DNA of 64,000 bases from Octopus vulgaris (Eukaryota). Under the pieces are notes generated by a model, which was not told where the DNA came from, did no database searches, and was given only the letters and a program-made list of their open reading frames with translations. How positions within the stretch are numbered: the first letter of the stretch is position 1; every line of letters begins with the position of its first letter. The stretch is taken from the NCBI GenBank assembly GCA_951406725.2, contig OX597840.1, positions 15,996,001 through 16,060,000 of the forward strand, read 5' to 3'. The position numbers were made by a program, and so were the translations under genes. Shown here piece after piece: positions 11,471-23,899 of the stretch.

Positions 11471-12844
11471 ATGGAATCAAACAATGACAACTGGTCAGAA
11501 AAATTATCAGAAACCATTCAGAGGATCCGTAAATATGTGATATTCGTTCTCACATATGTGGCTTACTGTATCACACGATACATCGTGTTGTTATTCCAGC
11601 GGATATCATGGGGCATCATGGGAGTAGAGTACATTCGCAGGGACGCTCGCCGGGGACTCCAATATAAGCAGAGTGCACATGTCCAAGATATAATTTGGAG
11701 AAGGAAGTTGTATGATATCAGCATAGCACATCCAGTGAATTTCATTACGGTCCATAATGGTTTCAAACACCCGACATATGTCTTGAAACAGAAGGTGACA
11801 CTCTATTGTCTCACTAAACATGAAGCTGTATTTGTTGAGACGACAGAAAATGTCGACATATACAACTCAGATGTAATCCCAGCATTTCATAATGCTCAGT
11901 TTAAACATGCTCAAAAGATTATTACCATGCCATTAGCTTCTTTCCATAAAATGGCTTCTGATCTTGGTGATCCACGCATGCCCATCATCTGGATTTCTCG
12001 AACGTGGCGCTGTGGTTCAGCAATCATGCGACAGATGTTTGAAAGTATACCTGGTACAATGGTAATTGGTGAGCCAGATGCTTTAACAAGTTTAAGCAAC
12101 CTGGAACGAGATCAAATCATTTCAAAGTCAGAATATAAGCAGCTTCTAGAAAGTACCATTCGAATTCTTTGTAAACCAAATGAACGAGCTAAGATGGTGT
12201 GTATCAAGACCAGACCATGTTGCTTCCGAATGGTGCCTGACATCTATTCCACACAGCCATCCATTAGACATATATTTATGTACCGAAACAGCCTAAAGAC
12301 AGTCACATCCGTTCTAGGAACCACACTGAATTCTAACATTCTCTTCCAAATTGTTCGTTTTATTGTTGACAACAACAGCCTCTCCAAAATACTGCCGTGT
12401 GTGCGCCGTAAGATGTATGACATGTTTGGTCATTTAAACAAAAGTGACAAAACATTGAAAGATACTGCACCAAACTTCAGCTCTGTTGGAATCATCATTG
12501 CTGGCTGGGCTTCGAGTGTTTCAAAATGTGAGGAACTTCGTACATACAACATACCAATTCTACCAGTTATTTTTGAAGACCTCATTAAATATCCACGTAA
12601 AACTTGTGAGCTTCTCTTTGAATATTTCCATATTCCTGAAGAAAATGTAACTTTGGCAGTTGATGGTTTTCGAAAGGACACAAGACGAGCATCAACAATT
12701 CTTGCCAGGTTACCATTAAAGAATGAAACAAGAAGGAATATTGAACCAGAAAAACGAGCTGAGGCTGATGCTATTTTAAAGAAATATTCTTTACCAAAAT
12801 TAGGGGAACGTTATGAAATTCCAGGATTTTTAAGTATTGATTGA
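11471..12844 (+). CDS. Membrane-anchored sulfotransferase-fold (P-loop superfamily) protein, 457 aa, uninterrupted CDS
   Basis: Long non-repetitive ORF. N-terminal hydrophobic segment YVIFVLTYVAYCITRYIVLLF; 5'-PSB-like IWISRTWRCGSAIMRQMF followed by EP; 3'-PB-like IFMYRNSLKTVTS; downstream VIFEDLIKYP..T...LFEY. Confidence 0.85.
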   Translation: MESNNDNWSEKLSETIQRIRKYVIFVLTYVAYCITRYIVLLFQRISWGIMGVEYIRRDARRGLQYKQSAHVQDIIWRRKLYDISIAHPVNFITVHNGFKHPTYVLKQKVTLYCLTKHEAVFVETTENVDIYNSDVIPAFHNAQFKHAQKIITMPLASFHKMASDLGDPRMPIIWISRTWRCGSAIMRQMFESIPGTMVIGEPDALTSLSNLERDQIISKSEYKQLLESTIRILCKPNERAKMVCIKTRPCCFRMVPDIYSTQPSIRHIFMYRNSLKTVTSVLGTTLNSNILFQIVRFIVDNNSLSKILPCVRRKMYDMFGHLNKSDKTLKDTAPNFSSVGIIIAGWASSVSKCEELRTYNIPILPVIFEDLIKYPRKTCELLFEYFHIPEENVTLAVDGFRKDTRRASTILARLPLKNETRRNIEPEKRAEADAILKKYSLPKLGERYEIPGFLSID

Positions 12845-12903
12845 GTTCTTTCAAATATTTTAACTAGTCCTTATTCAATTTAGTTTAAAACTGCCAACAG
12901 TTC

Positions 12904-12941
<38 letters not shown>

Positions 12942-12942
<1 letters not shown>

Positions 12943-13160
12943 GGTGGTGGTAAGCTGGCAGAACCATTAACATGCTGGACAAAATGCTTAGTAACATTTT
13001 GCCTGTCTTTACATTCTGAGTTAAAATCCTGCCAAGGTTGACTTTGTCTTTCATCCATTTAGGGTAACTAAAATAATTACCAGCCGAACACTAGGGTCAA
13101 TGTAATCGACTAACCCCCACCCAGCAAATTTTAGGCCTTGTACCTATAGTAGAAAAGATT
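12942..13160 (+). mobile_element. tRNA-derived SINE (family A, Nin/Deu-like central domain)
   Basis: agctggcagaa A-box, gagtt(c)aaatcc B-box, gactttg.ctttcatcc core. Further copies at about 16960-17168, 17443-17660, 17750-17947 (-), 44330-44480 and 46510-46715 (-). Confidence 0.8.
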
Positions 13161-13449
13161 ATTATTATTATTAGTAGTAGTAGTAGTAGTGGTAGTAGTA
13201 TTAGCTGGCAGATTCTTTAAAGTGTCAGAAAAAGCACTTTGTGGTATTTGTTCTGGCTTTTTACATTTCTGGTTCAAATCCTGCTGAGGTCAACATTACC
13301 TATCATCCCTCCATGGTCAATAAAATAGATATACCATTGAAGAACTAGAGTCAATTCCATTCCTCCCTCTCACCTCAGACTTCTTGTGATGTGCCTAGAT
13401 CAGAAACCATTGTTGTTGTTGCTATTATTATTATTATTATTATTATTGT

Positions 13450-13945
13450 TGAGTGAGAGAGCAGTGCATATCATCAAAGTGACACTGGGGTAAAATATAC
13501 AAAGTCCAGTATACCCATCTTGACTACCCATCTGATAGGGTACACTAGGCACATGCATCACAACCATATGTGTGCGACATGGTGATCTCATATCAAGATA
13601 AACAGCACATAACCTTGCAGGTGGGGCCCAGTTAGAATTTTCTTCAGGTTGAGTAGCCCATCCTGCTCAAAAGGTCCCTGAATAAGGGTTACTTAAGGAT
13701 GTTGAATGAAACACCCATGTTTCCAGAGGTGAATTATCCAAACCTCCAAGAATTCCTCACAACACATGGCTATGATGTTCCCCCACTACTTCTGCTCGTG
13801 ATCAGAGATGCACATATCATCAGCCACTAAGGGACATGCTCAACTGGTTAAGGTCAAACAACTGGCAAGCAAATCTGTGGTATTGAGCAGAATATTTGCT
13901 GTAGCCCATCTTTTATAGCAAGACAAAACAATGTACAGGATATCA
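13450..13945 (-). mobile_element. Interspersed repeat, probably a retroposon 3' end with (AAT)n tail
   Basis: A partial reverse-orientation copy lies at about 61545-61715; simple-repeat tail at 13410-13449. Confidence 0.6.
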
Positions 13946-14822
13946 TAGTAAGTGCTCTATAAATCAGTCACAAACCAGTACTTATTTACAATGGATAGAC
14001 TTATTTGTATATCATGCATTAGTTAATAGCATGTTCAGACACTTACTGAATATTTAGATGTTCAAACTGTGTGTATTAGAAAATCTAAGATTAATTTAGT
14101 GCAGTTGCTTTGCAGTTTGTAACACCTACATGAAGAGACTAGCCATACGTATTCATTTTTATTTTTTATCTATTTATATTCTGCTGTTTTCAGTCATCAG
14201 ACTGTGGTCATGCTGGGTCACTGCCTTGAAGAACTTTAGTCAAACTAATCAACCTCTGTACTTAATTTTTTTTGTAAGCCTGGTACTTATTCTATCGATC
14301 TCTTTTGCCAAACTGCTAAATTACGGAAATATAAACACACCAACACTGGCTGTTAAGTGGTGGTGGGACACACACACATACTCACACAAAATGAAGTTGA
14401 TGATGATGATGGCCTTCTTTCAGTTTCCATTTAACAAATCCACTCTCAAGACTTTGGTCAGATCATGGCTGTAGTAGAAGGCACTTGCCCAAGGTGCCAC
14501 ACAGTGGAATTGAACCTGCAACTATGTCATTGGGAAGCAAACTTCTTACCACAGAGCCCTACTGAAGGCCCTTACTACAGCCAGTTCATGTCACCCTAAA
14601 GTTCACTCACAGCACTTGAGTCGATCTGAGGGTATGGTAAAAGGCACTTGCTCAATGTACTATGCAGTGGGTTGAACCCATGAACCCAGGGCCTTGTGAT
14701 TGTGAAGCAAGCTTTTAAACCAACTAGCCTAAAAATAAAATGTGATTAAAACCATACAGTCATGGATGGAACACTTTTCCTGCTCACAGGTTTGTTCATG
14801 CAACAACAGACTACTATTGCTG

Positions 14823-14865
<43 letters not shown>

Positions 14866-15617
14866 GAGTAGTAGTAGGAGGAGGAGGAGGAGGACATTAA
14901 CCTTCTGAGGATCTGTTCCAATCTGAAATACAGACAAATGATTTTACTCATAACTTCATAGTCACTGTTGAGCCTCTTCACCAGAGATGAGGAATATGTG
15001 GCCCTCAAGCAGAGATTGGGGTACCAAGTGCCTTCTGAAGGGCTAAGTGTAGCCTTATGAAAAAAGTAAATACACTGAAAATAGACCAGATTGTATTTTT
15101 TCTGATTTAATTTTATTTAAAGTTTTTTTTTACAGTCAATTGTGAATTTTTGAAGAAAAAAACCCCTTATTTTTTAAATACCATATTTGATGGCATAGAA
15201 GATGCATGTTTTCTGCCAAAATATGTCTAAAAATATCATCCTTGGTCCTATATGCGAAACTGAGCCTCCCATAAACTAATTTCGACCCTGACACTCACAA
15301 CTATTGGCTAATTTTTTATCCTGTCTGTCCCTGCTACCTAACCTGATCAAATAATAATAATAGTATTTACTTAAACATTATTACTATACAATGATGCTTC
15401 CTGCTTATAGCTCAGATACTTTTGCTAGATTACTTCAAATATTACATATTTTAACCTTTTTGCTACCATTTTTCTGTTGAAATAACTTCTTTTGTTTCAA
15501 TTAATTTTGAAAATAATGGAGAATTTAGTAAAATAACCATGTCATTATTAAGCTGGTGTTTGGAACATAAATGAACATGATTTTTGATGGAAAATTTTAT
15601 CTGAGATTTCTATAAAG

Positions 15618-16152
15618 CAGTGGTTCTCAGCCAGGATTCATATGGCCCCTGAGGGTCCATATAAGATTTTTGGGGGTTCATGCAACAAAATAGTAAATTG
15701 TATTCTAAGGACACCTTAAGTATTTTAAGGACACATGAAAAAACTTTGCTTTTGATGTATGTATTGGTGTGTATTGCAAGAAACAGTTTGGTTTTTATTA
15801 AGCAAAATAAGCATCTGCTTAGGGCAGTGGTTCTCAACCAGGGTCCATATAAGATTTTTGGGGGCCTATGTAACAAAATAGTAAATTGGGGATCCACAAT
15901 AGTATTTTAAGGGCCCCTGAAGAAGTTTTGCTTTAGATTTATGTATTGGTATGTATTGCAAGAAACAGCTAGGTTTCTTTCTCTAACATTTTAGTTCAAC
16001 ATACACAAATTAATGTGCATAAAACAAAATATGAATTTTAAAAGAAATTTCTGAAAAACTAGTTTCAAATATCAAGTGGCTATGGGGGTTCACCAGAATA
16101 AAATAGTAGTTAAAGGGGTCCATAGACAAAAAAAAATGGTTGAGAACCCCTG
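15618..16152. mobile_element. hAT-type MITE with internal duplication
   Basis: TIRs cagtggttctca / tgagaacccctg; 8-bp TSD ctataaag / ctttaaag; second copy at 45884-46203. Confidence 0.85.
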
Positions 16153-19100
16153 CTTTAAAGCATGAAGTTTATATCATAAAACCAAAGGTGGAGTCAGGCT
16201 GGTTGGTATCAAAAGCATCAATGCACTAAAAACCAATTTTCTTCCTGAATGTGCACTGCTGAAATAGTAGTGCACCTAATAAACATGTGTCTTTTATGCC
16301 ATCAAATGCAGTATTTATTTCTTTATCTTGCTTAAAGTAATTAAGATTATTTTGAAAACCAAAAAAAGAAAAAGAAAACCTTAAGAAATCTTTGGAAAAG
16401 TAAATTAAAAGAAGTTGGAGAAATTCTTCTGGAAATTTGCCTTCTTTTTTAATATTTTGTTATTGTTTAACAGAGTTGTTGCCAAAATATTGGATCAAAT
16501 GTTATGTGTTAACTCTTTATGTTCTGAGTTCACATCTCACCACGGTCAATTTTGCCTTTTATTCTTTCAGGGTTCATTCATTTTCTCCACCCACTATTCT
16601 CATGAGGGTCATATGGTTTAGGCCCCTCCTTCATATGGTCCTATCAGAAGCAACAATCAAATTTATGGTACAGAGCCACAGAAACATGTTGAAGAGACAA
16701 TGACTGTATTTAGCTGGTAACGTTTGGCCTCCTCCACGAGAACATGCTCTTTACTTGTAAGGATTGTGACATTCTTATTCCCAATGACTAATGGTTGCTC
16801 CCATCTGGACCTGCTCTATGTGTCTTGGGACCCACATCATTTGTGCTCCCACCCCATGCCTTCCAGAATATGTTGCAGGTTTACAGCTGGTTGTATCAGC
16901 ATTGAGTGGAGACTGTGATATATTTTTTGAGATGGACTTCTTTACCTAAGGTTCAAACAAGGCTGTAAGCTGGCAGAAACGTTAGCACACTGGGCGAAAT
17001 GCTTAGCGGTATTTTGTCTGTCTTTACATTCTCAGTTCAAATTCTGCCAAGGTTGACTTTGCCTTTCATCCTTTTGGGATAAATGAATTAAGTTGCATAC
17101 TGGGATTGACCTAATTGACTGGCCATCTCCCCCAAAATTTTGGGCCTTGTGCCTAGAGTAGGAAAGAATATGTGTGACAGATGATGCAGTTCAGAATGTA
17201 TGGATCAAGGGCACTGGATGTTCTGAGTTCAAATCCTGCTGAGGTAAACTTTGCCTTTTATTGCTTCAGAGTAAATAAAAAAAAAAGTACTGATCCAGGA
17301 CAATAGGTTAGTAAAACTGTTCCAACATCAGATACGATGCTTTGCAGTATCTTTTCCAATGTTCTGATAGTAATGCCTGGTTGCCAAACCATATCAGATC
17401 TAAAACAGTGGCCTTTCCTTTGGACAATATTGATGTAATGGAGGGCAGGGAGCGAGCAGAAACATTAGCATGCCAGATGAAATGCTTATCAGTAATTCAT
17501 CTGTCTTTACATTCTGAGTTCAAATTCTGGCGAAGTTGACTTTGCCTTTCATTCTTTTGGGGTCGATAATTAAGTACCAGTTGTATACTGGTGTCGATCT
17601 AATCAACTGGCCCCCTCCCCAAAAATTTTAGGCCTTGTGCCTAGAGTAGGAAAGAATATTGGTGTGATGGAGAAGAGGAGGCTTGTATGCATATGCAACT
17701 GTCAGTTTTCCACAAAACCTTTGTCCAAACCTTCCCATATATTTATTATTTTCTACTCTACGCATAAGGTCCGAAGTTTTTGGGGAGGGGGCCAGTTGAT
17801 TAGATTGACCCCAGTACGAAACTAGTACTTAATTTATCGACCCCGAAAGTCAACCTCGGCAGAATTGGAACTCAGAACGTAAAGACAGATGAAATACCGA
17901 TAAGTATTTCACCCAGCATGCTAACATTTCCGCCAGCTCACTGCCTTCTTCCCATATATTTATTGATACCAATAAATGTTTAATCTTGATGGACAGAGGT
18001 CCCAAGGAGGGGAATATTTAATCTATCAAAAATTATACTTTATAGAAGAAATAGGAATAGCAGTAGAAATGATGAGGGTTGTTTGTAATTCAACCTGTAC
18101 AAGCAGTTAACTTCACTGTGGCCTTCAGACATAAAAAAAAAGTTCCCCTCCATCACCATCACTTTGTTCTGTACTTGACCTGCTAGAATCAGCACCCAAA
18201 TATTCCTCATATCACCCTCTACCAAAGAAAAATGAAACATGCTAGATATGATAGCCACATGGTTAGGTGGGAGGACTGTGTCTGGATAAAAGATGTGATG
18301 GTCATAGTTGGAACACCCTTGATTATAGGTTGTCTGCTTCACTAAGATTGCTCTGGCTCTACATAACAAAACCCAGCAACCTTTACCTTGCTCATCTCCC
18401 CCCACCCCATCCATTGGTTCTATTTCGTTTCATTCCGCCACTACACCCACTCTTTCTACCAACATGTACCTAATTACTTAATGGAGGGGTGGCGGTGGCT
18501 GTGGAGGTCATAACAGGAAGCATATAACAGCCATAGACTCCTCCTCCTCTTGCTCCTGCTGCTCTCATTGCCACCCTGGCCTCTGCACCCCACAGTCCAT
18601 CCCTCCCACCCCATCCCTCAGTAAACACCATGAACAGACTGGATGACTAACAGTAATAATGGTTTGGTGGGTTGTTGGTTTATACAACACTGACGATGAT
18701 GATGATGGCGGTATTGGTGTTGTTGGTGGTGATGATAGTGATGATGATGATTCAGTCTAGTTTAGTCTAGTCCAAATGACACATCTCACCTGCAAACAAG
18801 TCTCACATAAATGAGAAAATAGGTAGATACACAGGTACATACACTTATATACATATATGTAAATATATATGTGTGTGTGTGTGTATGCACATACATATAT
18901 ATATATATATACATACATATATGCACGTATATATGTAGATGCATATATATAATTATATATAAGTATATATATATGTGTGTATGCATATATATAATTATAT
19001 ATAGATATATATATATGTGTGTGTGTGTGCATATATACATATAAATATATATATATATATATATATACACATACCTACATACATATACACACACACATTG

Positions 19101-19958
19101 AGTGCATGCATATACATTTTTATACACATCTTCATATCTATGCGCAGTGTGTATAACAATAAGAATAATGTTTATACTTGTATGTTAACAGACTCACTAA
19201 TACACACAAGCAGACATATACACATAAATAAATACACACACACACACACACATACCTACATATCTCTATATGTATTTAGATACAAATATTTGCGCGCACA
19301 CACACACACACACACATACACATATATGCAGTGGAAATATTTGTAAGAAAATGAAAGAAACAAAGTAGCCAGTTGCTGTTGTTGTCATTGTCGATGTCAG
19401 CAGCAGCAGCAGCAGTGGTGGCGGCGGCAGAGGCAGTCAAGAGGTGGGCGTTGGAAATGGAGGTGGGTGCGGAGAGGAATTAAACAAAAAGTTGGGGTGG
19501 TATGGCTGTGAAGTGGGTTTTACAGGTCAGTCATAAAACTCAGGGAACAGATGGTAGAGCAGGAAGCAAAGGCTTGTTTTAATCAATGTCCTTCTTTTAT
19601 TAGAAATTGTAGAATACATTTGATGGGTGAATGAAACAAGGAACTTGCTTAACCTCATATTACATTCATATTACTCTGCCAAATAGAAGGCTTATTCATT
19701 GCCATTGCTTTGTATTAATCACATATTGTCTCAGAGCTTTGAAATTTCAATGAGATTCTTTTTTTTTTCAATGAAATTTTATTCTTTCAAAGAGATTTTT
19801 TTCTTCTTTTATTCTTTTACACTTTTCAGTCATTTGACTGCAGCCATGCTAGAACACCACCTTAAAGGGTTTTAGTCAAAGAAATTGACCCCAGGACTTA
19901 TTCTTTGTAAGCCTAGTACCTATGCATAAGGAGTAGACAACCACCATATATATATATT

Positions 19959-20314
19959 GGTTACAATGACGAGGGTTGCAGTTGATCCAATCTGCTTGTG
20001 AAATTAACGTGTAAGTGGCTGAGCACTCCACAGACACATGTACCCTTATCATAGTTCTCGGGGAGATTCAGCGTGACACAGAGTGTGACAAAGCTGGCCA
20101 TTTGAAATACAGTTACAACAGAAACAGGAAGAAAGAATGAGAGAAAGTTGTGGCGAAAGAGTATAGTGGGAGTCCCCCCCCCTCCACTGCTGGATCTTCG
20201 TGGCGCTTTAGGTGTTTTCGCTCAATAAATACTTACAATGCCTAGTCTAGGAATCGAAATCGCAATCCCACGACCAAACGTCTGCTGCACAAACCACTAG
20301 GCCATTGCACCTCC
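19959..20314 (-). mobile_element. tRNA-derived SINE (family D)
   Basis: Reverse match to 45160-45535 and 56013-56368. Confidence 0.75.
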
Positions 20315-20422
20315 ACACACACACATATATATATAGTTCAAATTTACAGAAAACAAAAGACAAAGACAAGTGTAAGAACAACAAGCAGATGTGTTAGTTT
20401 AATGCTGGGGTATATATATATA

Positions 20423-20474
<52 letters not shown>

Positions 20475-20478
<4 letters not shown>

Positions 20479-20687
20479 GTGGCCCGAAAGTCAGTTTATG
20501 GCTATTCAACTATCTTTTTCACATTCATATATTAACAGTTTAGATCTTAATTATAAAAAAGATATGAAACCATTATTCTATGCTCATTTAGTTAATTGCA
20601 AGGTAGAAATCTAAATGTAATAAAATGTTTTAAAAGAAATTTCAAGTTCCTATGTGATAACTGTAAACCTACTTTTGGGCCACCCTG
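20475..20687. mobile_element. Tc1/mariner-type MITE
   Basis: TIRs cagagtggcccgaaagt / acttttgggccaccctg, inserted in a TA tract. Confidence 0.75.
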
Positions 20688-21040
20688 TGTATATAAATAT
20701 ATATAATATATGTATATGTTCTTTTATGAAATAAAATAGTCACCTAGTTGACGGGTTCTGCTATGTTAATCACGAATAGGAAGTTAGTGATTATGCTACA
20801 ATTTCATGCTAACAATAAGTTTTCATTCCATGTTAGTTCTATATTAGTAGCACACACATACACACATATGTACAATGCTTTTTATGTCAAACAAATGGGA
20901 AAGGAGTGCTCAATGCATGCTGTTGAGGATATGGACAAATTCTCAGTTTCAATAAAATCTACCTACCTACCTGCCTACATACTTATCTATCTACATACCT
21001 GCCTGCCTACCTAGATAGATAGATGGCTGGATGGATGACC

Positions 21041-22040
21041 ACCTTTAGTAATGGCCATTCTGTTGTCACCCAATTTGACACCACCACCTGGTCCTTGGCC
21101 ACCTTTAGTAATGTCCACTCTGTTGTCACCCAAATCCTTGGACACCGTTAGTGGAGTCCACTCTCTTATTAATCAGTTTAACACCAACATTGAGTAGAAT
21201 CCACTCAGTTTAACAACACTACCTGGTCCTTAGATACCTTTAGCTGAGTCCATGCTATTGCCTATCAGTTTAACACCACCAACTGGTTCTAGGACATATT
21301 AAGTGGAATCCACTCTATTGTTAATTTGTTTAACACCACCAACTCTTCCCTGCATACATTTATTCACTCAGTTCAATGCCACTCTGTGGTCCCTGGATAC
21401 CTCTAGTAGAGTCCACTCAGTTTAGCATCACCATATGGTTCATGGATACCTTTAGTAGAGTCCACTCTATCATCCCTAAGTTTGACCCTACTACCTGTTC
21501 AAGGAGAACATTTAGTAGAGTCCAGTTTATTATCAATTAGTTTAACAATACCTATTTCTTTACTGCCCAGAAGGGGCTAAACATAGAGGGGACAATCAAG
21601 GACAGACAAAGGGATTAGGTCGATTATATCGACCCCAGTGCGTACCTGGTACTTACTTTATCGACCACGAAAGGATGAAAGGCAAAGTCGACCTCGGCGG
21701 AATTTGAACTCAGAATGTTACGGCAGACAAAATACCACTAAGCATCTCACCTGGCGAGCTAACGTTTCTGCCAGCTCAACCGCCATTAGTTTAACAATAC
21801 CATGTGGTCCTTGGATACAGTAAACCCTACTTTTATTATCCAGTTTCACACCACCAACTGCTCCTTGAGAACAATTAGTAGAGTGTAGTCAATTATCAGT
21901 TTGTTTAAAACCACCATGTTGTCCTTTGACTCCTTCATTACAGTCCACTCGACAATCAATCAGTTTAACTACATCAACTTCTCCTTGAGAACATTTATTA
22001 GAATCCACTATATTATGATTCCATTTACCAGCAACACATG
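21041..22040. repeat. Degenerate 60-bp tandem array interrupted by a SINE
   Basis: acctttagta recurs at 21041 and 21101; approximate consensus cctttagtagagtccactctgttatcacccagtttaacaccaccacctggtccttggata. Confidence 0.85.
21553..21784 (-). mobile_element. Full-length family A SINE with 17-bp TSD
   Basis: TSD attagtttaacaatacc at 21536-21552 and 21785-21801. Confidence 0.93.
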
Positions 22041-22189
22041 CTAAGAGGGTGTGTATCAAAACCAGACCATGTTGCTTCTGAATGGTTCCACTTAGTCACC
22101 CATTAGACATATATTTATGTATCGAAACAGCCTGAAGACAGTCACATCCATTCTAGGAACCATACTGAATTCTAACATTCTTTTCCAAA
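22040..22189 (+). pseudogene. Decayed duplicate fragment of the sulfotransferase-fold gene (matches 12188-12350)
   Basis: gctaaga.ggtgtgtatcaa.accagaccatgttgcttc.gaatggt...cattagacatatatttatgta.cgaaacagcct.aagacagtcacatcc; CGA>TGA stop and a short deletion. Confidence 0.92.
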
Positions 22190-22643
22190 AAACTGGATTG
22201 TCATGGTGGGAAGCTAGTGTTATCCTAGATAGATTGTTCCTGAGTAGATGACAGGATTGACACATTTGGAACAACTCTGACCATATCTGTTCAATCAGAG
22301 ATGGTTGTGTAGACCTGGCGCTTAAACAACTACCAAACACCAACATCCTACAAGAGTCTCCACGTAGTCATTAGACAGGCTAGAAAGAGCAGCCAAATTT
22401 ACCTTAACTCTCACTTTTCTATTTGTTTAGATAAGCGGGTAGGGAAAAATTTCTAAAGAAAAAAGGTCTGTGGGCAAATCACAAGTTCTAAGTCTTATAT
22501 CTATGTAAATCTTGTATATAACTATGTATAATTCGATATACATTAATAAAGATAAGTTTAACACGTTAAATTGACACATATCTTCATTAACACCACCACT
22601 GAATTTAGGATGTTTCTATTACTTATGAGGTACTTTTACTTGT

Positions 22644-23035
22644 CTTTTACTTTTACTTTTACTTGTCTCAGTCATTTGACTGCTGCCATGCAGGAGCACC
22701 GCCTTTAGTCGAGCAAATTAACCCCAGGACTTATTCTTTGGAAGCTTAGTACTTATTCTATCGGTCTCTTTTACCGAACCGCTAAGTTACGGGGACGTAA
22801 ACACACCAACATCGGTTGTCAAGCGATGTTGGGGGACAAACACAGACACACACACACACATATACATATATACGACGGGCTTCTTTCAGTTTCTGTCTAC
22901 CAAATCCACTGACAAGGGTTTGGTTGGCCTGAGGCCATAGTAGAAGACACTTGCCCAAGGTGCCACGCAGTGGGACTGAACCCGGAACCATGTGGTTGGT
23001 AAGCAAGCTACTTACCACACAAACACTCCTGCACC
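22644..23035 (-). mobile_element. Full-length tRNA-derived SINE (family B, CORE-like)
   Basis: Head ggtgcaggagtg...ggttcagtccc, internal TA/TG tract, (GTAAAA)n tail. Other copies at 25809-26210, 26451-26836, 27093-27432, 58810-59195 (-), 14150-14560 (-) and 63160-63320. Confidence 0.9.
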
Positions 23036-23198
23036 TATATATATTCTATATTTTTCAAAATGTACCTATCTTAATGTTGGAGAAATCATAACAATCAAGC
23101 ACAGGCTGAATTTAATTTTGAAAAATTACATTAATACTTAAATAACATTATTTAAGTGAAATATTTAAACAAATTTATCCTAGTGATAATTTTATCAA

Positions 23199-23868
23199 TC
23201 ATCATCATCATTGTTCGACCATGGTCGAGACAATGGAATTTACTATGTTACGCCAGACTTCACAGTCCATCATAGCATTACGGAGGTCCTGTTGCTGGAT
23301 GCCTGTATCCCTGGAGATTACATCAGGGTAGGAGAGTGTGCGCCCTCTGGTATTGCGAGTAGATGGCTTCCAGAGGAGAAGAGTAGAAATTACTTCTTTT
23401 TCAGCTCTACAACAATGTCCAGCAAACTGGACTCTCCTACCTTTCACAAGAGATGACACAGGTGGTAGTTTCCCATATATTTGCATTTTGGTTGGATGGC
23501 GCTTCCACGAGAGATTTTGAGCTCTCATAAGGAGGCGGGTGTAGGTTCCATCCAACCGCCTCTCAAGCTTCTTTGATAACGTCCAGGTTTCTGAGCCATA
23601 TAGTAGAATTGGTTCGACTGTGGCTTTGAATATTTCAAGTTTGAAGTCTCTACTTAGATTTGATGACCAGATCTTATGCATGTCATTACAGGCTGACCAG
23701 GCCATACCCTTTCTAGTTAGAAAGTCTTTTCCAGATGATGATATGTATGACCCAAGATATTTATAATCAGAAACCATATTTAAAGGCGCACTGTTGAGAG
23801 TATGGATGATGCAATCACTGTTGGACAGGCACTTGTTTATGTATTCAGTTTTGGCCTCATTGAGGTAA
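23199..23868 (-). mobile_element. Young 5'-truncated RTE-related LINE with open RT C-terminal frame
   Basis: LNEAKTE..YKYLGSYI..ILLYGSETWTL..RRVQFAGHC; (TGA)n tail; 11-bp TSD aattttatcaa at 23188-23198 and 23869-23879. Confidence 0.92.
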
Positions 23869-23899
23869 AATTTTATCAAAGCTAACCAACCTTAACTTA

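Noticed and set aside
13780-13850. Minus-strand CTGATGA in the 13.4-13.9 kb repeat
   Set aside because: No stem II/GAAA arrangement, and the second copy at about 61625 lacks the motif.
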